Source: the human T2T-CHM13v2.0 reference genome, Homo sapiens
Reading direction: 5' to 3' (one strand)
Length of the DNA stretch: 64,000 bases
Assembly: GCF_009914755.1 (NCBI RefSeq)
Contig: NC_060944.1
Shown here: positions 26,461-42,597 of the stretch, piece by piece
Position numbering within the stretch: the first letter of the stretch is position 1
Layout: each line of letters starts with the position of its first letter
Made by a program: the position numbers and the translations under genes
The notes under the pieces: model-generated
What the model saw: only the letters and a program-made list of their open reading frames with translations
Told to the model about the DNA's origin: nothing
Database searches by the model: none

Positions 26461-28029
26461 ATATTTTGGGTCATTTTTTAAAACTCCCTACATTTAGTAT
26501 ATATTATTAGTTTTATAATTTACAAATATGAGAAGGAAACAGAGTTATCATGGAACAAAGACCAGGCAATAAAATGTTAATGCTAGTTCACGATGATGAC
26601 TACAAACTGGGAAGAACCTTATTTTCACTGCAGTGTTTGTGATATGGGTTGAGTACACTTATGAATTAATCCTTTATTCATCAGGGAATCTATGGTTTTC
26701 TGTACATCAAATCTAGGTACCTTTCAAATTTCCCTGTACTGCATAATTGCAGTCTGCTTTCTCTCCCACATTGTAACTATCTTTACTATTCACAGTGGTC
26801 CTTGTTGACTTTAGCTGCCTTCATTCTCTCAACTGCACTGTCCCTCACTTCCCATACTATTCCTGTTTGTTGACAGTTTTCCTTGAACCTGCTGTCTAAC
26901 TTTTCAGCCTCATTTTTTTTTCATGAAACTTTCCTGCCAATAATTCCACCATGCCCTCCCAGGTTTCTCTTTTCAAAATGCCTTCTGCATTCAGTACCAT
27001 CCCAGATGATTTAACACTTTATGGTTACCACATAGAATGTTATTTTATGATGTTGTTTTTCTTCACGATGCTGCAAGTGAATAACTCTTATAGTCTTAAC
27101 TAAAATGTAAGCCTTTGTGGTCAAGGCTGTTTTTATACTTCTTTAGTGCTACACAGAAAAGGTCACTGTTGAATGAAAGACGAGCCAAGGGTTGGCTGCC
27201 TGGGCTGGCTTAGCCCTCAGGACTGAAAAGTGAGATGTGCTTCATCATGAACTTGGTTATTTGGGGGAAGATCTTATAAATGACAGGAAGTGGCTGTTCT
27301 CTTTCCAGAACTATCATGTGGCAGAAAGTAACATTAGGCAAGACATCCTAGGACCTGAATTGTGAGACTTTAAAAATTCTTACAAAGAGCAGCTGGGAAA
27401 ACAGTGTCTCTGGAGGTATTGAATAACATAGTATCTATATCTGAGGAGTTGGAGGGCAGCCCTGTCAGGAATATGGAAATGAAATAAAATATTCTCCTAC
27501 AAAGCAAATCATTTATAAAACACACGAGATGCCTTATTTATGTGTGATCTTATATAATCCTAATACATAAACAACAAAAGGAACATTTTGTTCAAATAAG
27601 TGCATTTTCTTATGTTAACTCTTTAAAGATAGAATCAATGATATCAGTAAGACTGTTCTGATAAAAATTAGAGAGCTAAAGTTGAGATTATAGATGCCTG
27701 TTACATCCCAATATCTTGCTTTCTGATTTATTTCTGTATGTTGTTTTGAGCTAAATCTTGAAAAGTTTGATGCAATATATTTAACAATTCTTAATTATTA
27801 CAAAATCATAGGTACTGTCGTTTTGTTTTTAAAGAGCTTGTCTTGCAAGCTCTTTAAAGTGAAGATATTTTAAGAAATATCTTAAAGATATTTAAGAAAG
27901 TTTAAGTGAAGATATTTTTCACTTAAACATGAAAACTTGAGAAAGAACTAAGATATTTTGGTTTCCTCATCAAACCCCTACACTCTTCAAGAACCACTTA
28001 CATCATGTTCTCTGTAGCTCTTTTTTTTT

Positions 28030-29150
28030 TTTTTTTGAAATGAAAAAGTTTAAAAGGATTCAGAGATCCTTTAACAAAGACCACATACTCATCACTAAGA
28101 ATTTAGAAATAGTGGTATTTTCTCCTTCTTGTTTCAGATTTATTTATATATTTATAGACATGGTGTTACAGACACTTGAAGCCTTCTGTTCAGCTCCAAC
28201 TCCAAAAGAAACCACTGTTAGGAAATTTCTTTTTATTCTTAAAGCTATCTATAATATATTCTAAGAAAATATATATCTATGTAACATGTAGAACTATATT
28301 ATACAGTTCTCAAGCTTTAAAAAGCGTTAGAATTTACTGCAAGGCTTGTTAAAGCAGATCTCTGGGTCCTACCTCAAGAGATTCTGATTCAGTAGGTCTG
28401 GCCTGGCCCCTAAATTTACATTTCTAACAAGTTTCCAGGAAATGCTGATGTCATTGGTCCAGACACCAGATTAAGAGTACCACTTATAAATATATTATTT
28501 CTTACTTTTAAAAATACTGCATGTATAATTTATCATTTTAAGAAAAGAACTCTATGCATCATTTATCACTTATTTTAAATTCAAAATTATGTTCTCATGG
28601 TCTATCCATATGAAAAAATATCTATATAGCTCATTTACATTAATTGCTCTAGAACAATTTTACAAACATTTCTTTATTGTTGGTTACTCATGTTTTTCCA
28701 AATCGTTGCTATTACAAATAAGGCTGCAATGAACACTTTTGTACATGTCTCCTAGGATACCTGTACCATGAAGCAAAGTTGTTAAATACTAGTGATAAGC
28801 ACCTTCACATTTTTTTAGATATTGTCAGATGAGTCTTTTGGCAATAGTTCCCATTTGCACGACCACTTATGATTTATAAAGGTTCTCAGTTTCCTCTTTA
28901 CCAGCCTTCAGTTATGTCATACTTTTCTTTTTGCACAATCGATGAAAGTTATTGACTGTCCGTTACTGTCTTAACTTGCATTTCGTAAATTTTTATGTAG
29001 GACATTTTTTAATGTTTGTTAGCTATGTACTTTTTTATTTATGTAAATTACACATTCAAATATTTTGTCTATTTATATTGTAATCTTTTTATTATTGATT
29101 TTAAATAAATTATTTCTGTATCTTCTTTGCCAATACTTAGAGATATAAGT
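28030..29150 (-). mobile_element. Old L1ME fragment interrupted by MER5A (approximate)
   Basis: GCTATTACAAATAAGGCTGCAATGAACAC...TTAGATATTGTCAGAT L1 3' motifs. Confidence 0.6.
28302..28484. mobile_element. MER5A
   Basis: GTTCTCAA...CTTGTTAAAGCAGAT...TTCTGATTCAGTAGGTCTGG...TTTCTAACAAG...GAGTACCACT. Confidence 0.85.
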
Positions 29151-29169
29151 ACTATGAATACCATTTTAA

Positions 29170-29494
<325 letters not shown>

Positions 29495-29504
29495 AAAACT
29501 CACT

Positions 29505-30330
29505 GATTTTTAAAAAGGCAAAAAACATAAATATGTGTGTCACAAAATAACATATATGAATAGCTAATAAGAGCATGAAAAGGTGTTCATCATTATTAGT
29601 CATCAGGAAAATTCCAATTAAAACCACACTGAAATATTACTATCTCAAAAAAATTAAAAAGACCTAAAATTAAACAAAAATTAATCAAGTTTTGGAATGA
29701 ATTAAGAGCCATGGAAACTCTCATATACTGTTAATCAGATTGCAAATTGGTAAAACTACTTTGGAAAATTGTTTGACAGTTTTAATCAAGTTAAACATGC
29801 ACCTACTCTATGACCCAGCAATTCTACTCCCAAGTATGCCCAAGAAAAAATGAGTGGATGGGTCTACCTAAGCCACATACACAAATATTACTAACAGTGT
29901 GATTCATAATAGCTCCAAACTAGAAACAACCCAGATATCCATCAGTGGGAGATGAATAAATAAATTGATTTTTACTCATATAATAAAATACAGTCAATAA
30001 GAGAAAAATAGGCCCTATTGACAGGTGTTTACATAAACTCAAAAACATTTTGATGCATAAAAGAAGCCAGGTACAAAAGAACACATACTATATTATTCCT
30101 TTTACAAATAGTTCAAGCATAGTCAGAGTACTGGCTACATTAGAGTCTGGAGGCTTCTGACTGAGGAGCGGCCTGAGGGAACCTTCAGGGATGCTGAAAA
30201 TATTCTGTATCTCAACCTGGATAGTGTTACCAGGTTGCCATACATAGGTAAAAGTCTTGTAACTATACACTTAAGATTTGTGAATTTTACTAAATGTAAA
30301 TTATTTCTCAATAAAATAAATTTTTAAAAG
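29505..30330 (+). mobile_element. L1M 3' end (continues from ~29170 across the Alu)
   Basis: AAAAGGTGTTCATCATTATTAGTCATCAGG...TATGACCCAGCAATTCTACTCC...TGTAAATTATTTCTCAATAAA. Confidence 0.82.
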
Positions 30331-31176
30331 TAAATTAGAATATCTAACACTCAATTTTTTAAAAATATGAATTATGGGGGAAGGGTATTTATTTTATTTA
30401 CAAGGGGAAATAAATGCTAACTTGCTTTCCTGTAATACAGCAATGTGTGCTTGATAATGACTGCTGGCATTTTGAAGATAATCGCTACAGGAATTAGAAA
30501 GCATACCTTAGTGTCAAAAGGAAACAAGAAGAAAAAGTTCAGAAAGCAAAGTAAAATAAATAGAAAATGTAAAGAAAGGTGAATGGAATAAAATCAGTAC
30601 TTCAGTTGTTATCTTGGGTGAGAAGAGCCTGAATTCTCTGAAAAGCAGAAATGATTATATTTGTTGACAAAACACAGCCTTACATTAGTCACAAGATATA
30701 AAAAAATGAGAGCAGAACATTGCAAGTAAATATAAAGAAAATCAAAAGGAGAGAGAAGACAAAAAGAGACAGTGTGTAATGTTCAAAAGGCACAATGTAT
30801 GAAGAAAACACTGACCCCACACTTACATTTGGTAAACAACAAAGCAAATTACATATATATGCATACATATTTATATGTGTATAGGTATATATGTGTAAAT
30901 AGATGTTTATATGTTCTATGTAATCTGCCTTTCAATTTGCATATATTTTCATGTATGAAAGAATATATGCACACTTTTTAACTATATGAAAATATTTAAA
31001 AATTGAAAAGCAGTAACATTAAATAAAGCTATAAGCTTATATTATTGTCTTTTGAATTTTTGACAGTATTTAATGTTTTAATTTATACTAAATGAAGCTG
31101 AAATGCTTATTTTTAGGGTATTACTATTTCGTCTAAATATCACATTATTACTTGCTTGATAAAAATAGTTACAGGA

Positions 31177-31479
<303 letters not shown>

Positions 31480-33487
31480 TAGTTACAGGATTATTTTGCA
31501 AAAATGACTACAAGGTTATTTTACAAAAATTCTGTAACTGAGCTATGATAACAATTTTACTATTGTCACAGAGTAACCTGCATTTCTCCCATAAGCATCT
31601 GAAAGCTAATGAGAGACGCCTAATCTACATCCAGGGCTCACTGTGCCCTTCCAGCCCCCTTGCCAGACACATGCTAACAAGAAGATAGCAAGAAAGATTT
31701 GGGTTCTGGAAATAGCTTGGAAGATTTTGTGTCTTGCTCTCTGGGTCTGTTTTGCTCCAGGAGAGAATGAACACTTTTTGTTTTTGCAAGTTGTGGCTCT
31801 TGTGGATTCTAAAGCTTGATTTTTTTAGAGGATGAGAGACTCCAGGGCTAAGGAAGTGGGGAGGGCTGGGGCTGGCATGATGGTGGAATTTGTGTCCCAT
31901 TCCCAGATAGTAGTCTGTGAGGCAGCAAGATTTCTAGGACTGGCAAGAACATGCCTGGGACACTATCATGAAGCTTCAAATTCTATGGGGCAGAATCTAG
32001 TGGCCCCCTGTGGTCAAGGCTGCTTGCAGATGAACTTGGACATGGCGCCATCCTCCTCTTCAGCGTCACTGCCCAGACCATGATTGAGATTGGCACTTAG
32101 GGCATCAGAATGTAGTCAAAAGAGTGAGAGGAAATAGGAAAACATCACCAATCATGGCTTGGAGTCGAATACATAAAATTTAGAAAAAAGAAAGATGGTT
32201 CTTAATTCCTGCAGTATTTAGGAGTGAATTCATACTTGCTACATTATGGTTTTAGTTATTTATTTACAAGTGAGTATGTGACCATTATTTTTGCACATGT
32301 GCGCTTTTATATACTATTTTCAGTATGCTAATATAATATGATTTGCAGTTTTATCTTGGTGATTTTTGATCTTGCATCATCAAATTTTCCACTCACATTA
32401 TCACATATTAATTTCAAATATTCTGTGTTTAATTAATAATCAATTTCTGGCTTAAGTAATTGTTTTACCCTGAGAGAGAAAAAATTTATTAAAATGTAAT
32501 AGTAAAAACGCATTAAATATAAATACAAAATTTTGCATAAAGTATTTCTACTCTGATGAAACATTCTACTTTCTCTTGTTATTGCACAGTCAACTGGGAT
32601 TTCACAATGGGAAGCTGTGCTAAGCCAATATGCCTGTGTTTTACTTGTATTTAATAGAGCATGCTGTACTTGTTCTGCAGACTTGAACTTACTTACACAA
32701 CTTTAAGTAAATGGACATTCGCAGGCCTGAAGTCACAAAAGGTCAGTGAAGAACAGCAACCTTTCACATCCACAGAACTTTTACTCAAAATCCAGATACA
32801 TAGGGAATCTTTGCAGACTCAGGATACACTTTAATTAACCTGAGACAGGAGGAAGGCTATTATTTAGAAGTTGCATAAAAGTAAGTTACTCGCAAAGCAT
32901 AAAGTAGGACATTGGTATTCCTCAGCGTATTTGGTGTATTTTAATATATGTGGTTTTCTTTAACCCTTTTAAAAGGTGTTTAAAACACTTTAAAAGAAGC
33001 ATTTGAAGTAGAAAACTGAGAAGCCAGAGATACCTCTACGGAATTCTCAAATGTTTAGAGAAGTTGACAATCACCAATCTAAGGAATCTTTTCAATTCTC
33101 TGACTCCTTGAATTTATGTTTTGATTGAGTAGCGATTATTCATATTATCATTATTCAGAGCTTCACAAAATAGATCTATAGTTGACCTACTTCCAAACTC
33201 AAGCAACACATAATCCAGCCCATCCTTGTAAAGTCAGTCCTCATTCTCTGCAGTCTGGTACAGTGACAACAACCTTTTCGGGAAACACAGTGCACTAGTG
33301 ATACTGGATGAATCCCCGTGCATGTATTAAATAAAGGCTTCTTAGGAGCCATCACAATGAGAGGGTAGGACTTCATTTAGTGTCCTCAAGTGGTTATTTC
33401 CTCATAGAAAATTACTCGTGGTGCTTAAAAAATAATGAATTACAAATAATGAATATGTTGGTAAACATTTTACAATTCAGAGTATAA

Positions 33488-35445
<1,958 letters not shown>

Positions 35446-35669
35446 AAATCATTGAGTTTTAATTTTTTTTTTTGATAGGCAAGTTTTGGAAAGATGGCCA
35501 CACTCTGTGAGATAGTAAAACTTCATGGTAAACTTAGCATTGGAGTAAATCATTGTATACTACAATTATATAGCACCACCATTTGTGTTTATGATATAAA
35601 ATATGTAAATAAATATTTATATTTAGTATATAATGTGTGTAAATAAATATTTACACACACACACACACG

Positions 35670-36125
35670 TGTTTGGGAGAATAATTGAAATAAATGCCCC
35701 AAATTCTTTACCCACTCTACTCCTTTGCAATGTGACTTTGCAGCTCCTTCCACCAGGAGGTAGGGTCTACTTCCTCGCCATTTGAATCAGGGCTAGTCTT
35801 TCCATTTGCTTGGCCGACAGAATATGACAAAACATGACCATTTCTACACCTAAACCTCAAGAGGATTTATAGGATTCTGCTGTCTTTAGGAACTGTGAAC
35901 AAGAGTTTGCTGGAAGATCGGAAAGCACGTGGAGCAGAAAGTAGTAACCCCAGCTGAGACCTGCTTAGTGCAGTGAGTCCCCAGCTAGACCCCCACTGAA
36001 TATAGATGCATGCATGACCCTGGGCATGTCAGACAACCCTAGCAATTGGTCAGAGAATTATGAGCCAATTGATGATATTTGTTTTAAATGATTGTGTTTT
36101 GGAGTGTTTCATTATGCATATAATA
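35670..36125 (+). mobile_element. MLT1G/H-type LTR
   Basis: CCTTTGCAATGTGACTTTGCAGCTCCT...CACGTGGAGCAGA...TTTTGGAGTG...TTATGCA. Confidence 0.7.
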
Positions 36126-37226
36126 ATGTATGTTTACAAATAGACATAAATGTGCTAGACCCCAAACAAACATTAGCCGTCATTAAATAGGTATGTCTGA
36201 AAAATTAGTGTAGCTTGGCCACTCTAATTCCTTGGATTAAACTCTAAATCTTTAACGCAGTAGTTAAGTTTCACCACCTTGAGTAAAATATTTTTAATGT
36301 AAAAATGACATTAGTAACACAAATTAATGTTCTTTTAAAGTAATATGTAAGAATTTTGAGCATGATTTATGATCATGCACACTATAGGTACAGTTTGCTG
36401 AAAAACAAATTGGATATATGAGGATACTGAGAGTTAAAAAGTTACTTAAACACTATTCTCATTTTTCATAGAGATTTATCATTAAATTCCTGACTTTCAA
36501 TTGCAATTTCTTTGGTTTAAAAAATATATTCAGTTTTTGTTATAAATATTTCATTTTAAGAAGATGTAAAATTCAATTTGCACAAATTGCTGGAAATCTA
36601 TTTGTTAAAAACCTGCGGTCACTCAAGGGCAAAATTGGGAAACTTTTGGCAAAACTGAAATCATCTGGCTGATAGTGCATGCTGGATTGTGCACTGGAGT
36701 CCTGCCAATATGTCCTTCAACCATGGGAAGTCTTTCCAAGGAGAATGACCCTGGAAATAGCAGAGAGTGAGCCTTGTTTGCACACCTGACAAGCTGGTGG
36801 GTTTTCTGTAAAAAGGTTGGTTCATCAGATGTTTCACTGAACAGAACAATTGGAGGTGAGCCTTTTTTTTTTGTAACAGAAAGCTGTGCCTGATCAATTA
36901 TTTAGTCCTTTTAGAAAATAAGAAGTCGGGAAAGAATATGTTAATAAGAGGTAGTTACAAGGTGCATGCCTATACAACATTCATTGAGATTTAAGATTCA
37001 TAGACTTTACTATGTTATTCCCAAAAACTGTTTCTAATAGCAGGGAGAGTCCAAGAGAATATTGTGTGGGGATCTTGGAAAGGGATTTGAGTGTTCACAA
37101 GAGCATCCATCATATTTTTACCTTTCAAAAGGCAGTCATTTAGAAGAATAATGTCAAATAGACATTAGGCTCACAATTAGTAAGGTGACTAAAATGAAGC
37201 AAGGTTTCTTAAAGTTGAAGAACATA

Positions 37227-37669
37227 GGTCAGACACAGAGGCTCCTGACTGTAATCCCAGCACTTTGGGAGGCCAAGGTGGGAGGATTGATTGAGGCCAG
37301 GAGTTTGAGACCAGTCTAGGCAACATAGCAAGGTCCTGTTTCAACAAAAAATTTAAAAATTAGCTGGGTGTGGTGGCACATGACTGTAGTCCCAGCTACT
37401 CAAGAGGCTGAGGTAGGAGTATCACCTAAACCCAGGAGTTTAAAACCAGCCTGGGCAACATAGCAGGAACTCATCTCTACCAATTTTTTTTTAAATTAGC
37501 CAGCTGTGGTGTCACACAACTGTAGTCTCAGCTATTCTAGAGGCTGAGACAAGAGGATCACTTGGGCCCAGGATTCGAGGCTGCAGTGAACCATGACTGT
37601 GCCACTGCACCACTCCAGCCTCGGCAACAGAGCAAGAACCTGTTTCTCTCTCTCTCTAAAAAAAAAAAA
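37227..37669 (+). mobile_element. Trimeric AluJ-type element
   Basis: Three monomers (~37227-37359, ~37360-37495, ~37496-37669) inside one decayed TSD AAGTTGAAGAACAT / ATGTTGAAAGACAT. Confidence 0.88.
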
Positions 37670-37924
37670 TGTTGAAAGACATGTATAAACTAACAAGTGG
37701 AAGAATTAATAATGTATGTATTAAATGGTAACATCCTAACTTGTTATCTTTATACCAGTAAGCATATAACAGCTGAAATTATGAATAAATTCATTCTCAT
37801 AGGAAAACATTAAGGAGAATTTGAGATTCAGGAATTACTGCATAATGTTTAAGGGTGACAATATAGAGACAGTCATAATCTTCAACTGAACTCCCCTACT
37901 GTTATGATCTGGGAAAGTCAATAG

Positions 37925-38146
37925 CAAGGGCCACGAAACTATGCCCCACACGCCAAGTCTGGGATGCTGCCTGTTTTATAAAGAATATTTATTGCAGCAC
38001 AGCTACCCTCCATTAATTTAGTATTGTCTTCGGCTGCTTTCACATTACTAGAGCCATGTTGAGTGGTTGCGACAGGGACCACATAACCAGGAAAGCTTAA
38101 AATATTTACTATCTTGTGCTTTATCAAAAAAGTTTGCTGACCCCTG
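37925..38146. mobile_element. MER58A
   Basis: CAAGGG...AAACTATG...GAGTGGTTGCGACAG...AAAATATTTACTATC...GTTTGCTGACCCCTG. Confidence 0.87.
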
Positions 38147-38214
38147 GTCTATAAGAATGATTATTCATTATCACTACCCTCTTGAATTCTTATTGTACAT
38201 ACATAGTAAAACTG

Positions 38215-38440
38215 AGAGTATTATGTTCATTTATGGTTTATGCACCTATGTGGGGCAAGCAGGATTACAAATATCTTGTATCTAAGTCTTACAGCAGTTC
38301 TGCTCTCTTAGCAGTTTAAGCAAATATAAGTTAGAGAAAGTAAATAACCAATAACTTTCCAAGCCCCCATGACTAAGTGGCGAAATCTAAACCAGAATCC
38401 AAATCTGTCTCATTCCAGCCTCTCTGCGGTACACCATGGA
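38215..38440 (-). mobile_element. MIR (degenerate)
   Basis: CATTTATGG...GCACCTATGTG...TTAGAGAAAGTAAATAAC...CCAAATCTGTCT. Confidence 0.5.
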
Positions 38441-39419
38441 GTTTCAAATTCAAATTTGCCATGTGTAAAACCTGAGACCCAGAGTAGGGTAAACATGGAT
38501 ATCTAGTTTTAGTGCTAATCCCAGGTCATATGCAACAAAGTGGCAACAGATAGGACTGTGAAAGGAAGACTTGGGGAAATGCACCAAAGGTGAGCACTTC
38601 TCTGAGTCTCTTGTCAGAGCCATTTGGGTTGTGTTTCTCCTAAAGGGAACTGATCAATCATCCTTAATCAATCATCCTGGTAATCAATTATCCACATAAA
38701 ACCATTCACTCTCTCTTTACTTTGTGTATAAAATCTGTAAGAAATAAAATCAAAGTCTCTTTTAATCTTAAAGTTTTGAAAAGATTAATCCATGCCTTTG
38801 CCTTATGTTTTTTATTTTTTTCTGCCTACAAGTTGATAGTTTTATATTGTATAACATTCATTTCTCCAGTTTTCTCTTCCTCTGACGTAAAAGTAAGAGT
38901 AGCTTGCGTGATATTGGCAAGCATGAAATTGTGGAAAGAAAGGGATAAGAGTATAGTTTCATTTTTTAAAAAATGCCAATCTTAGGCCCTTTGAAGGATG
39001 ATGGAAGGGCAGGCAGAGCTTTAGAAGTCTTTCTAGGCCTTCTATTCTCTCACAGAAGTTGCCTTTGGTTCCTCTGTAGGTATCTAACAGACTGAACATC
39101 AACAAAATGCTGGTGTCTCAGTGCGTGATTCTTACACATAATTCAGGAGGAGGACCTCTTAACATTGCCTATACAAAACCTTATTTTATTTTCTAGATAA
39201 AGGAAATAACATCTAAGTTGCTTTTACTATTTTGAAACACTCTAATGACCTGAGCCCTAGCCACAGGAATTCAAGGTCTTATTAAATAATTTAAGCTTAC
39301 AGGAAAGAGCCCAGACCCTCACCTAGAGTGTGTTGAACTCTGTCCTTGAAACAGATGGGGTTAATCTTGGGAAAAGAATAAAACTTTGGAGAGGAAGACT
39401 AATTAAGAAGAAAATAAAG

Positions 39420-39897
39420 ATTAATTTCATAGGACTCCTGAAAAAAATTACCATAACCCTCGTGGCTTTGAACCACAGAAATTTTTTCTCCCATAGTTTT
39501 GAAGGCCAGGAGTCTGAAATCAAGGTGTCTGCAGGGACATGCTTCCCCCAGAAACTCAAGAGGAGAGTCTGTTCCTCGACTCTTCCAGCCTCTGTTGATG
39601 TTTCTTGGCTTGAGGCCGTATCACTCCAATCCCTGCCTTTGTTGGTCACATTTCCTTCTCTTCCGTATATTTTCTCCTCCGTGTGTTTGTCTCAAACTCC
39701 TTCTGACTCTCTTATAAGGATAAATGTGATCACATTTTAGGCCCACCCAGATAATACCGGATAAACTATTCCTCTAAAAAGCCTTAATGTAATCACATCT
39801 TCTGCCTGGAAGGTAATGTTTACTCTCTTGCCATATGACATATTCATCGGTTCTGGGGATTAGGATGTGGACATATCTTTTTGGAGGCCTCCGTCCA
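39420..39897 (-). mobile_element. MLT1C-type LTR
   Basis: GGCCAGGAGTCTGAAATCAAGGTGTC...CTCTCTTATAAGGA...GGGATTAGGATGTGGACATATCTTTT. Confidence 0.85.
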
Positions 39898-41554
39898 GAT
39901 TTTAAAGAAGAGTGTATGAGAATCTTCCCTTCTCTAAAAATCTAAATGTATTTGTTTGGCTCTGACTCTAGAACTCGGAGAAGACTGAAATGGTTCTGGT
40001 GGGTGTGGGTTGTAATAATCTCGTGTCTGGGCAAGCAGAGCTTTCAGATGGAGCCGTGCTTGCATTCTTGGTGTTACATAGTCTCTGTTGTGCTCTTCTA
40101 ACATTATCTTCAAACTTCAGGAAAGCCTTGTTTGAAGTTACAGCCCTGCATCTGTGTGTTCTGAGGACTCAGGATAGGGCCTGTGCCCACACTTGGGCCA
40201 AAGAGATGCCGAAAATGCTGTGTCTCAGACTTTTAGAGGTAACATCAACCAACGAAGGTGGCTGATATCCAAGTATGAGGGTTATTCTATGAAAAGTTAT
40301 AGGAAAAGAGAAACTGCTGGATGGAAGAGTGAGGAGGGCCAGGTGCAGGAACATGAAGTGGTTGCGTGCCCATGATGTAGTGTTATGGGGAACTCTGTAA
40401 GGCAGCTGGGGAACATTTTGAGATGAAAGTGGAGAGTAGTCACCTCCAAACAGAAGCTCATCAGTCTGGTGGTTTCAGGCTATGATAATCCCCATGCCTT
40501 CCTCATAGGCTACTGAGTTATGATTCCTAAAGTAAATGTAATATTGCTATTTGGGGATGAAGTTGTGATTTCCTGTACAAGGGAAATTTTATTTTTGGTT
40601 CACTTCAACTAAAATATGTTGAATACATCTAAGTATTAATACTATTATTAGAGGACGAAGGTTTATGATTTGAAATAATGTAGCTTAATTTTTCACTTAT
40701 CGGTGTGATTTCATGTGTCACTTGATCAACTGTACACATTCCATTTCCTTTGCAGAAAAATAAAACCATTCTAATTTCACAATAAAGAGCAGTAGTCCTG
40801 GAGAACATGGGCGAATCATGCTGGCTATTAATCCAGACCCACTGCAAGGCTGTCAAATGCAAAAATTGAATGGTAATGATACAGGGAAATTGAAACAGAA
40901 AGAAGCCAAACTCCTTTTGTAAAATTCAAGAAAGATGAAAAGGCAATTTGAATACAGAATTGACCCTGGTGAATAATTTGGCAAGATGTATTGGCTTCCT
41001 CTAGGCATGGAGTTTACAGGCAGATTAAATTCAACAGGCAAGAAACAGACAGGAAGTGGATGCAAAGCGAGAGACGATGGGGTCCTTTTTAAAAATATCG
41101 CCATGATTTTTTTTTTTTAAGTTTATATGTCATAATGGAATAAATAGTAATACAAGTTGGCAATAGAATAGGTCAATATTTTCCATCTCCAAAAATGTCA
41201 CCAGCAGTTAGGAAATAATGTCAGCCACAGATCTCATGGGCACTACTCATATTGTAACTAGGGATTGAAGGAATTTGAAAATACATTGCATATTGTAAAT
41301 CTATGTTGCTGAGTTAACTCAGGAGTATTAGTAATCCTAAAAGAAGTACTTATATTAAATAGTGTCCAAATCAATAAGCCGTGGTGTGTAAATGGAGAGA
41401 GAGTATCTGGAGAGAGTAATGGGAGTAATGATGGGAGCTGCATTGCATGTTCTGGATGTTAAGAAATATCCTTCCATACCCACCCCTTACATTCAGTGAG
41501 AGTAATTCAGAATAACAAGAAAAGTTTGGATTAAAAAGGTGAAATTTATGGATC

Positions 41555-41750
41555 AACTATTATGTGCCAGGTATATGCTCAGCACTATCAGTTATGATAT
41601 TTAATTTACTCTTTATAACATTAGTAATTAGGGATCATTGTTGTATATTTTTATTGATGAAGACATAAAAGAAATATTAAAACCTTAAACATAGTCAGAC
41701 AACCAGTAAGTATACAGTCACAATTTCAATGTGAGTCTTTCTAAATTTAT
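41555..41750 (-). mobile_element. MIR (degenerate)
   Basis: CTATTATGTGCCAGG...ATTTAAT...GATGAAGAC layout. Confidence 0.5.
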
Positions 41751-42597
41751 AGGTTTTTTAAAATAGCATGATATTACTTGTAAAACCAATACAACATTTA
41801 CTACTTGAATAAGAGTAAGATTTTAACTGAAAATGGTGGCTTTTAATAAACATTCTTAAAGTGCCCCCTGAAAATTTCTTAAGGTGGTAGACCAATGAAA
41901 ACTTCCTTACTTAAAAATTGTATCATATGTATAAATATGTATATTACATGCATACTCATAATTTTAATTAAATATATGACTTGATAGATTGTGCACTATC
42001 GAGACAAAATAAAAATGTAAAAAGTGAGAAAAAATGATATAAATATTTTAAGCAATTCTGTTTCTATGTTATTTTATATACTACTGTATTATCATATATA
42101 ATTTGTTTTATTAATGAGATTGAATATTCTAATTATTTTTTAAAACCTTAACACTTGTAATTGGCCTTCAGCACATAGCTTTATTTATATAAATACTTTA
42201 AAAAATATATTTGAAGTATATTGTACATTAAGAAAAGTGAACAAATCATATGTCTATATTTCAATGAATTATTACAAAGTGAATCTGCAAAGCAAAGGAT
42301 TTCCACATTCCATAAGCTACTATTCTGATCCTAACTGTAACTCCCCAAAGGAAATATTTTCTATAGTGTTTTTAACATTTACATAAACGACATCATACAG
42401 CATGTTCTCTCTATTTTATTTTGTTTATATTTGTCTGATTCATCCAAATTGTTCAAATAATGGTAGTTCATTCATTTTCATTGCTAGGCCAGTGCTGGAT
42501 ATATGAATATAACTCAAATTATTTATACATTTTAATATTGATAGGCATTTGCCTTGTTTCAAGTTTGGGGATATTACAAGTAATGATGCTATAACCA

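Noticed and set aside
31998-32016. CTCF-like TAGTGGCCCCCTGTGGTC
   Set aside because: Spacing does not fit CCASYAGRKGGC well.
32966-32996. AT-rich near-palindrome
   Set aside because: Low complexity with a bulge; expected by chance.
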